From Tubiluchus corallicola (Eukaryota; Animalia; Priapulida), in the NCBI GenBank assembly GCA_030141605.1, contig JAQGDQ010000691.1:86242-111659 (forward strand): DNA of 25,418 bases, read 5' to 3'. Both the position numbers and the translations under genes were made by a program. Of the stretch, positions 1 to 9,205 are shown in pieces; position 1 is the first letter of the stretch, and each line of letters begins with the position of its first letter. The notes beneath the pieces are model-generated. The model did not search any database. It saw only the letters and a program-made list of their open reading frames with translations, and was not told the DNA's origin.

Positions 1-112
1 TAGCCTAAAAATCTGTATTTATTTAAAACACTAATTTTGTTAAAAATTAAACTTTGATAAGTCACAGGATCACTTATTTTGCAAAGCAGAACAAATGTTT
101 TTTTTCAAACAC

Positions 113-1585
113 AATCAATTAATTTCACTCCAGCAATACATATACAAACCATCAACATACAATATGATTATAAGAAAATATAGGTAAAAAACATTGATGC
201 AGCCGAATTAACCAAATAAAAGAGTTGCTGTATGATACCTTGAAAGCTGGGCTTGTTAGGGTGGCACGAATAGGTGAATGAAAGAATGGTTAGGGTTAGT
301 AGACATGATGGAATGGAAAAAATAGTAAGATTAGAGAGAGGAAGAAGGAAGGGAGGGGAGGATGAGTGAATGAAAGAATGGTTAGGGTTAGTAGACATGA
401 TGGAATGGAAAAAAATAGTAAGATTAGAGAGAGGAAGAAGGAAGGGAGGGGAGGATGAGTGAATGAAAGAATGGTTAGGGTTAGTAAACATGATGGAATG
501 GAAAAAATAGTAAGATCAGAAATAGGAAGAAGGAAGGGAGGGGAGGATGAGTGAATGAAAGAATGGTTAGGGTTAGTAGACATGATGGAATGGAAAAAAT
601 AGTAAGATTAGGGATAGGAAGAAGGAAGGGAGGGGAGGATGAGTGAATGAAAGAATGGTTAGGGTTAGTAAACATGATGGAATGGAAAAAATAGTAAGAT
701 TAGGGATAGGAAGAAGGAAGGGAGGGGAGGATGAGTGAATGAAAGAATGGTTAGGGTTAGTAGACATGATGGAATGGAAAAAATAGTAAGATTAGGGATA
801 GGAAGAAGGAAGGGAGGGGAGGATGAGTGAATGAAAGAATGGTTAGGGTTAGTAAACATGATGGATTGGAAAAACAGTAAGATTAGGAAGAAGGAAGGGA
901 GGGGAGGATGAGTGAATGAAAGAATGGTTAGGGTTAGTAGACATGATGGAATGGAAAAAATAGTAAGAAGGAAGGGAGGGGAGGATGAATGAATGAAAAA
1001 AGGTTAGGGTTAGTAAACATGATGGAATGGAAAAAATAGTAAGATTAGGGATAGGAAGAAGGAAGGGAGGGGAGGATGAGTGAATGAAAGAATGGTTAGG
1101 GTTAGTAGACATGATGGAATGGAAAAAAAATAGTAAGATTAGGGATAGGAAGAAGGAAGGGAGGGAAGGATGAGTGAATGAAAGAATGGTTAGGGTTAGT
1201 AAACATGATGGAATGGAAAAAATAGTAAGATTAGGGATAGGAAGAAGGAAGGGAGGGAAGGATGAGTGAATGAAAGAATGGTTAGGGTTAGTAGACATGA
1301 TGGAATGGAAAAAATAGTAAGATTAGAGATAGGAAGAAGGAAGGGAGGGGAGGATGAGTGAATGAAAGAATGGTTAGGGTTAGTAAACATGATGGAATGG
1401 AAAAAACAGTAAGATTAGGGATAGGAAGAAGGAAGGGAGGGGAGGATGAGTGAATGAAAGAATGGTTAGGGTCAGTAAACATGATGGAATGGAAAAAATA
1501 GTAAGATTAGAGAGAGGAAGAAGGAAGGGAGGGGTGGAAACGACCCCAGTGCATGTTTAAATTACATAGAGCTATATTAAAATAG
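113..1585 (-). mobile_element. Dispersed retroposon-like repeat (LINE/SINE 3' end) carrying an internal 92-bp tandem expansion, in malic enzyme intron 2
   Basis: Flanks 113-275 and 1535-1585 are the reverse complement of 21916-22231, for example GCTGGAGTGAAAT, CATACAGCAACTCTTTTATTTGGTTAAT and CTATTTTAATATAGCTCTATGTAA. The element ends in a TTGA-type tail. Confidence 0.75.
273..1534. repeat. ~92-bp purine-rich tandem array (minisatellite), about 14 units, two of them shortened (~850-1010)
   Basis: The unit GAGTGAATGAAAGAATGGTTAGGGTTAGTARACATGATGGAATGGAAAAAATAGTAAGATTAGGGATAGGAAGAAGGAAGGGAGGGGAGGAT recurs mostly at 92-94 bp spacing. It explains all the near-identical - strand ORFs at 168-1482. 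Confidence 0.97.
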
Positions 1586-2981
1586 TAGAATATAAATAAT
1601 GGGATGCCACTTGCTTCACAGACTTGCTTCACAATAAATCGCATTACAGCTTTATTCAAAGGAGCTGTCAACGTTTGAAAGACAAAAGAACATGCAGACG
1701 TCAGTTGCCAGTGATGATACAAAAAATTGCTGAAGTTTAGCATATGCTCTTCACATATTTGTATATTCTTTACGCTGCTTTCAATTTTGAGATGGGTGGG
1801 TGGGATCAAACCTGTCACGTAAAATTAAAGCATAAGGTCCCAAGTTTGGTGAATTAAACCAGGGCACAAATGTTCTTTGTAAGACACACCCGATAGTCGT
1901 GCCACCTAAGGTTAGAAAGGTCAATATCGCAGTCCGTTTAACCTTTAAATTTTGATTAACTTAAAAAATGTCCTTTGCATACAGCAGAATTGGTCGTTTT
2001 CAATCAGTCATCTTCGCGAGTTTACAAAAAGAAGAGAAACAAGCAGAAAATCTGATGCGCTGAAGCTGTTAGTGTCATAACTTGTGTATTCTATGCAGCA
2101 TGTACTGCCTACAAAGATGCAAGCCAGTAGATAGTAGAACTTTTACAACCAGGATTTTAGTTTATAAAAAATATTGGTTGTCCCGCACTTAGCTTTTAAG
2201 AACCAGAAGAGTTTCCAAATTTAAGTACAAATGTGTAATTGAACATTGGTTAATATTGGAATGGCTAGAAATGGTTAGTGTAACATCATTGGTCAAATAA
2301 GTTAAAAAATTAAGTCAAATAATTCATCAGTGAAGACAAAGCAGATAATTCTTAAGACCTACATAATGACAAGGTGACAGTGGTGTAGCTGGAGATAGGG
2401 GGGATGGGATGCACCTTTCAGCCATATATGGACTTAGTGAGGTAAAAACCGAATCTTGAATTTTTTTATTTTCTTGTGTTTTTCTACTTTTTTCGACCAA
2501 CTTCGTATGAAAGCACCATCCCATGGTCCCAGCACCAAAATTGCAACACAAAATGACTATTAATTAATCCAGTACATCATTTTCACTTATGAATACAGAT
2601 GATTAGGCCTACAATATAAGACATTTCATTACACAAACTCTGAGGTGCAGTTGAGAAAAAATTCTGAGTGAAAAAAGCTTTCTGAGTGAATAAAGTCTAC
2701 CTTCAATGCAGAAGTCATTTCATCTGCAGTTTTATAAATAGAATCCATCCAGTTACCTTTCTGGAAAGTAAGCATGCAATTTTCAGCAAGAACCACATTC
2801 AGTAAAAATAATAAATCATAATCATAAGAAAAATCTGTACAAATTTCCAATTAGATCATCTGCATGGAAATCCCTTGTTTGCACAAACCAGATTTTACCC
2901 TCAACGTATGTCCAGATTTGTAGCTACTGACTTATTAGGTAACAATTTAACTTATTATGCGAAAAACGTTTCCTTACATAC

Positions 2982-3140
2982 CTGAAGAGCGCTGAGATAA
3001 ATATATCGCTGCAGATCCGTATCAAAACGATTAAACTCCACCATGATGCGAGCTGCCTGCTGATCCTGTGTGAAATAAGCGGGTGGCAGAAGACCGTGTA
3101 AACCCATCTGCTGACGTTCCTTCAATGTAAACGCCATGCC
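2982..3140 (-). CDS. ME: Malic enzyme, coding exon 2 (GMAFTLKERQQMGLHGLLPPAYFTQDQQAARIMVEFNRFDTDLQRYIYLSALQ); remaining exons lie beyond the left edge
   Basis: Acceptor cttgtag|GGC, donor CAG|gtatgt, 159 nt, phase 0-0. GMAFTL.ERQ..GLHGLLPP...Q..Q is the hallmark start of animal NAD(P)-dependent malic enzymes. The paralog (ME1/2/3) cannot be resolved from two exons. Confidence 0.93.
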
Positions 3141-3504
3141 CTACAAGTGAAAATATTTTAGAAAACCTTGCACCCCTATGGATCTTAGTCCAATCTTGAA
3201 AAACTGAAATGACTATTTTCTTTTTCTGTATTTTTAAATGCTAGAATTTAAAAAGATCGTTTTTTGTTGCTGTATAAAAATTGCAGAAGAAAGTAACCTA
3301 GCCAAGTAGTAAAAATAACTGGTAATTACCAACCAACCGTCCAGGTTACAAAACCCCTATTATATAGCCAGGTTACAAATTGCGATTTTTTTCACTATTA
3401 CTACTGTACTAGTACTAGTCTTGGAAAAAACAGAACATTGAATACCTACGCTACAGTACAGGCAACAGTGCAAGGACCAAAACAACAACAAACTGAAGGT
3501 ATAC

Positions 3505-3612
3505 CTTATTTGTGCGATTGTTTAGCAGCAATTGATTTCCTCGAATCTTAGGATCCGCTTTGTGACGAACTGCAACACCTCTTAAGATGCTACCCAACCT
3601 CCGAGAAGACAT
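3505..3612 (-). CDS. ME: Malic enzyme, coding exon 1 (MSSRRLGSILRGVAVRHKADPKIRGNQLLLNNRTNK); Arg/Ser-rich N-terminus suggests a mitochondrial presequence
   Basis: ATG at 3612-3610 opens 36 codons ending AAT AAG|GTATAC (phase-0 donor at 3504). RG..LL.N.RTNK joins the next exon to give the conserved malic enzyme N-terminal motif N.RTNKGMAFTL.ERQ. This exon is not in the ORF track. Confidence 0.88.
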
Positions 3613-4259
3613 GTTGTTGTGATAGTATTTTACGTAAACTTCTAAACAAAACTAAAAACTGAGATTTCTTCCTAATTTCCCGTGTACAACGTACAATAAA
3701 TTAGCTGCTAGATAGCTGGAAAAAATAAAATACCACGTCCTCGATAAAACACATAAAACACGCACAACAACCAAACCGGCGAACAATTAACATTCAGCAA
3801 TGAATGAATGAATGAGCTTCGCCAATTTTTCGGTGCCAGCTGCCTGCTGCTTCGTTAACAAAAACAAACGCTGATTGCATCTCTGAATTCTATTCACGTC
3901 GGTTTTCTTGCACATTACATTCGCCGTGTTAAAAGCATGGCACTGATGGTATGCACTGCAAGCTAACCATGAGCCTTTAATATGAATAAAGCACAGGACA
4001 TAATAAGCTCAGCGAGTTAGATATCTAAAAGCGATGGCAGATAAAGGCTAATGTTAACTTGCTCAGACTTGATGTTTTATATAAAGGAAATTACTTAGAT
4101 TAGTCAATTATGGCAGACAGTATGATCATGTGTAGTTCTTGTTATTATATGTAAAAATATGTCTATTACATGTATATCACTCGTTGATTTCATAAGGTTC
4201 AACACTGAAATTTATATGTATAAGACAAAAAATATTTCTGTCCTGTCTCTTTGTATCTC

Positions 4260-4430
4260 TAAACATAAATTGCTATATAACAAGAACAAATGAGCTCCGA
4301 GTAAACCAATTGCAAGTCAGACGTGGCAAATCATTTCACTTCCAAATACTAGGCCAAAATTATGGAATACAATAACTAACGATACTAAACTTTCAAAATC
4401 AATATTCATCTTTAAAGTATTAAAATCTAT
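4260..4430 (+). mobile_element. Decayed 3' end of a CR1/L2-group LINE ORF2
   Basis: 4351-4425 translates RPKLWNTITNDTKLSKSIFIFKVLK, matching the GP.LWN.LP..IK...S...FK..LK C-terminal motif of CR1/L2-type ORF2. An upstream Y.TR-like remnant is broken by frameshifts. Confidence 0.55.
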
Positions 4431-5815
4431 GCAAAACATCTGTGAAAACATTAACGCTTTTTAGCTGCAGTTTGTGAGTTCATTCGCTGGCTCACTTCCT
4501 CCTAATTACGCGCTTTAATACTTAATACATTTGAATACATTGTAGCTATAAGCCTATAAGCACCAGTTACCACGCAATTAATAATTTTTATATATCTATG
4601 GTTTGATTAGTAAATGAGACAACTGCTTGGTAACGATGATTTAGTTTTGGCGCAAAGGCTTTTCGTAACAGCCGCAGTTATGTTGTGACGTCTTTTCACC
4701 ACGGAAACCAAATATAAACAAACTTTTTGTAGGCAAGTCCACTGTCAAACTGGGTTATTGTACGCTAATGTATCATTTTGAAAAAGATAATGATTATTAT
4801 TTTGTAAAGTTGTAACGACCAAAAGGAGTCGGGTCGTTAGCACATTTGAAAGTGTTTTTGTCAGGCAGATTTACAGGTGATAGTAATTTAACTGCTTTGC
4901 TTTTCCACATTATGTTAGATGAACACTATATAACAGAACTCGATTTTTCATTTTCAGCGACCAAGCTGGTTCTTTTCTCAATTTGTTGCGCTATTTTTCA
5001 ATAATTACACTAGTTAGTGTATTGGGATCTGTTAATTTTGTCAAAATTTTCTTATTGAGATGAGAGTCATAATTTGACACTCTACGCAATCTAGGTCCCT
5101 ATCACTATTTGATTTTAGCGGAATAGTCGTGTATTGGATATTATGGATCCTTCACATATTATACCAATCAGTGGATTATATGCCTATAACGTGTGAGATT
5201 CATTTGTGGTTACTACCTACTCACTAAATTATCTTGAAATAAGTTAATGTTATACAAGGTTTTAATTATCGTAATACCATTCAGTCATGAACGTACTTTA
5301 ACTTGAATGAATAATTAAATATCTACAGTTTGTAATCTGTACAGATCAACCACTTTTGTTTTTAATGTGTGCATCGTTATTATCATAATTAACCATCATC
5401 ATTATCTTCTTCATTATCATCACCATTATTGTTGATAAAACATACCTGTGTTTCTAATAAATGATGCAAGTTTTGCATTATAATGAAATTTTTATTTTCG
5501 TAGCCTGTGCATTAATGATGATGAGTTTAATTAACTTTAATAAACTCTTCACACCACGTTTTCACTGTTATGCTCCCAGACTATTTTTTAATGAGATTCA
5601 CTTGTAGTCTATCACAGGAGGTTGTTACCATTAAATGTTAGTTGAGGGGTGGGCTGGACGCAAGTTAAGTGCCCTTTTCCCATTGAGCTAACTGACCATA
5701 TCAAATGCTCTATCACTTGGCAAAAATCAATGGGTAATTATTGTATTGTTGCACTGAATTGTACTTACTGAGGCTTTGCTTTACCAATGTCTGTAGTAAA
5801 CACCAAGTCAAGTGA

Positions 5816-5833
5816 ATGAACACGGAGAAAAAA
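5816..5833 (+). CDS. Tentative first coding mini-exon of the TTLL6-like gene (MNTEKK)
   Basis: ATG AAC ACG GAG AAA AAA|gtgaga gives a phase-0 donor compatible with the phase-0 open frame at 6552. A possible acceptor ctgtag lies at 5791-5796. There is no homology support. Confidence 0.25.
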
Positions 5834-5948
5834 GTGAGATTCATTCATTACCATTACTTGTTACATATCACATTTTCCATTACTTACTTTTAGACTGTAA
5901 TGGTGACTACACAATGAAAAAATTTTCTTTCATCTGCTTTGGTTAGAT

Positions 5949-6429
5949 CAGGGGTGTGCAAATTGCGGCCTGCCGAGAGAATTTGTGCGGCCGCGAACGG
6001 ATTAGTCAACCTTTTGAAAGTGCGGCCCGGGCGATTAATTGAGTGTATCCAGCTGAAGTCCGTGCCAGGATCCCAAAGATAGTGCGGGTAGTTTTTTCTA
6101 CTAGATCGGATGCCATTAACCCTTACAAGATGGTTGTAGCTTAATGTCACTGTACTACACAGACTGTGTGATACACATTACTAATATGCATTGCAATGAA
6201 ATTACCACTATCTGTCCTGGAAGTAGAAATATATGGTTTGTAATATAAATTTTAATAACTTCTAAAATACTTTCTTAAGTGTAGTAGTAATGATGTACGC
6301 AGGTCGGATGCAAAAAAATCTTTATTAAGCCTTTCTGTACTTGGCTCCTTGATGAAACTGCCTGTGGCCCGCAGGAATTGCGGGAAAGTTTAATGTGGCC
6401 CGGCTAGTCAGATAATTTGCACACCCCTG
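5949..6429. mobile_element. Non-autonomous hAT-type DNA transposon (MITE family A, copy 1)
   Basis: Perfect 16-bp TIRs CAGGGGTGTGCAAATT / AATTTGCACACCCCTG; 8-bp TSD GGTTAGAT / GTTTAGAT (7/8); closely similar second copy at 13642-14108. Confidence 0.92.
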
Positions 6430-6551
6430 GTTTAGATCATCTGTCACTGGATCTAGATCTAATTATGTTTTAAGTGGTTTCAGTGAACTGCAACTGTTTA
6501 GTTTGATCATCATCTACAAATAAAGGGTGAAATAGAAATTTCACTTTTTAG

Positions 6552-6750
6552 GTTTTGGACAAACAAGAAAATATGATGACAGTGGTGGACCCGATTCCGA
6601 ATAACTCACTAAACTCTAGCTCAGATTCGGACAGCGATGTGCCAAATTCTGCCATCAATTCTGCTACTCGTTTGGAACCTCAACTTACTTTGGTGGATGT
6701 TTTCTCACAAAGAGAGCTACCATCTCATGTCTTTGTGCCGCAGGAAGATG
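6552..6750 (+). CDS. Probable upstream coding exon of the TTLL6-like gene (..MMTVVDPIPNNSLNSSSDSDSDVP..VPQED); ATG at 6573
   Basis: Acceptor cacttttttag-like (tttttag| at 6551), open frame, strong donor GAT G|gtgagt (phase 1) matching the phase-1 acceptor at 22677. The Ser/Asp-rich disordered sequence fits a variable TTLL6 N-terminus. The link to TTLL6 is an inference. Confidence 0.5.
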
Positions 6751-6838
6751 GTGAGTATCAAGTACATGCTGGTTTGAAGAGTGCATGACATTTTGTATTA
6801 ATGCATGACATCTATATATTAATATTCTTGGTATGTTA

Positions 6839-7100
6839 TATATATATATAAGATTCGAGGCTACAGCCCGGACGACGTCACCATTTGCGGCGATCTATAC
6901 ATCAAACGAAAGGTCTCGATCTAGTGTCGTCTCATTGGGGGTTTATTTTTCGAATCGGGCCCACCGGGAGGAAGGGGGCGAAAAACCTCCAAAAATGGCC
7001 ATTTTTCGGCCGTTTTTTGCAAAAGTTATACGGCTGAGATGTGGAGAACGGGAATGGGCCGAGGGTGGTGCTGGCTATGGATAGATAGCCCGTTCAGCGA
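6839..7100. mobile_element. GC/CpG-rich insertion, probably a fragment of an unclassified transposable element (possibly Helitron-like)
   Basis: Abrupt GC and CpG rise after a (TA)n run, 16-bp palindrome AAAAATGGCCATTTTT (6991-7006) and hairpin GGCTAT..ATAGCC (7073-7090). No TIR or TSD was found. Confidence 0.35.
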
Positions 7101-7191
7101 TTGGTGTCATATTTGGTATTAATTACTGCAAATTATTAACTGAACTAAATGTTCAAATTCTTTTCAATACGACTTTTTTTCAAATTTAAAG

Positions 7192-7197
7192 TTTATT
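7192..7197 (-). other. Candidate polyadenylation signal (AATAAA) of the nested TSR gene
   Basis: First AATAAA I found on the - strand downstream of the stop at 7755, implying a 3' UTR of about 560 nt. Confidence 0.35.
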
Positions 7198-7754
7198 TAC
7201 CTGTTAATTTGGAAATTTAACCAGATGTGTATAGACATTGCAAAAAACAATGAAATAGATACATGTAATGCATTCGTAACAAACTCTCGAATTACTAAGC
7301 AGCAATATAGGAATATTACGTTTTAATCGTAGCAGTATTGCTGTGATTTTTTTATATCAGAAATGCATGAAGAATTTGTACAATACAAGTCTTGTTAAAT
7401 AGCTTCATAATTTTGCTGTTTTTAACATGCATACAAGGTGTGCTATTTATGTAATACTTTGATACACAGATTTCCATGCATTAAAGTAGTGTATGAATAT
7501 TTATGCGGTCGCTCAGGAAACACTAAATCTGGTCAGCTTGTCTGAAGTGACTGCAACAGATGATGCTCAACCTGATGAAGTCTGGACAAAATGATTGTAT
7601 AATAATAAAATTAATAATAGTTTATATCAAGTTTTAAACTATTTTAACAGAATTGTGGCAGACATTAATCTGAATTTATGCAGGTTCAACCGAGCCTGAT
7701 TTTACGATGCAATAAGAACACTGCTTGATGTGCCAATAATTTCACTTGAGACTG

Positions 7755-7906
7755 TTACTTCAAATCGGAACATTCACGTGTTTTGCATGCTTCTATCTCC
7801 ACGTTGTCGCCCGTGCAAGTTCCTCTGTCACATTGTCGCATACGTTCTCGGAGTCCGCCTCCGCATGTTTGACTGCACGCTCCCCATGCACTCCATTCTG
7901 CCCATT
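7755..7906 (-). CDS. Nested gene exon 4 (terminal): single thrombospondin type-1 repeat, (E)WAEWSAWGACSQTCGGGLRERMRQCDRGTCTGDNVEIEACKTRECSDLK*
   Basis: Acceptor tatacttgcag|AA TGG is phase 1, matching the donor at 9206. Canonical TSR signature WxxWxxWxxCSxTCGxGxxxRxRxC with six Cys; stop TAA at 7757-7755. Not listed in the ORF track. Confidence 0.92.
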
Positions 7907-9205
7907 CTGCAAGTATAATATGCAAGAATTGAAAATCCAGTTTCCATCAAGGCTGGTTTAGCCCGAGAATACTTTGACATTATGACATAATCAAAGAAAA
8001 ATAATACTGGTGCTACTGCTACTATGCATGCTAAATTAGTACATTTTACTTATAGTAGATGGGTTAACATGATAAAAGATGACCTGGCATTGTCCACTGG
8101 ACAATGACCTTTGGCCTGGAATATTTACAAATCGTTTGTGATATTAAGAGGCTCAGCAACGCATGAAAAGGTGGTCCAATGAATATTTCTAGACTAATGT
8201 GTCTTTTGTCTTCACATATTGTAAATGTAAGTTCTTAATACTCAGGTGTGTTTGTGGCAAACATCTTTTGAGGATGACAGCGGACAAAGAACTCAAATTA
8301 AAAGGTGTTGACTTTCATGTTGTGTGTCATTTATAATAGCAACTGCTTACTGCTTAGATCTGCTGTAATTAACAGCTGAAAAACCATAAATGCAGTTATG
8401 TTTATTGGTGGGTTTGCTTTACATTGAAATGTAAGACCTCAACAATACTGATCAGTCAAGAACTATAAATTATATTTTCCTTTTGTCGCTTATTGTACCG
8501 AGTACGCGATTGTAGCATTATGTGACCCATTTAGTTGTCAGTCTACTATACTAAAGTACTGAATTAGTCTATGCTGCCATCTACAGTCGTTGTTTTACTC
8601 TAATTATACAAAGTTGATCTAGAGACAGCATTGAGAAAGGATGCAAAATTTCTACTGTAAAATATCATATTGCTAACTTTATGACTGTTTGTTCAATTCT
8701 GTGATTGAGGTGAACATTGTTTACATTTTACAACAAAATGATTACAAATTTCTACACCTTTGTTTAGCAGTAAAAGGCGTAACAAGTGTATTTGAAAGTA
8801 TTTATTGGTGCTTTAACTCTAGTTTATTTTTTATTTCATGTGTTCTGTCACCTGCAGTTATGTCCTATTCATGTTTTTAAACATATAACTATTTTTACCT
8901 ATGTGTTTTAAGCTTACACGTACATGAGACTTACACGTTTTTATACATATATATGTGCTTCATGCACTTGTAGTGATGAAATAAATGTTGCAGATTTACC
9001 ATCACTGTTCCATTTTGCTAAGTTAAATCTAATACAAGCACCTAAAGTTAACTGAATGCATTGGTACAACATGAAGACTAATAGACAGTCTATATGAGAC
9101 ATGGCGTACTACTGCAATTGCACAACCTTTGCAGAGTGACATAGGCACTCTTCAGAATTAATGTATAATTTATTCATTGTAATCTGTTTCCATGGTTACA
9201 CTCAC

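Noticed and set aside
168-1482. Series of near-identical 64-149 aa ORFs
   Set aside because: They are translations of the 92-bp tandem array. The period is not a multiple of 3, frames shift every unit, and the array is intronic.
273-1534. Telomeric array or CRISPR
   Set aside because: TTAGGG occurs only as isolated words within a 92-bp unit, and the repeats are contiguous with no unique spacers. The DNA is eukaryotic.
2522-2533. CATGGTCCCAGC resembling part of the HDV ribozyme
   Set aside because: The flanks lack P1, P3/L3 and the downstream P2 partner, so this is a chance 12-mer.
7572-7595. CTGATGA hammerhead-like core (also at ~21778)
   Set aside because: No correctly placed GAAA or closing stems.
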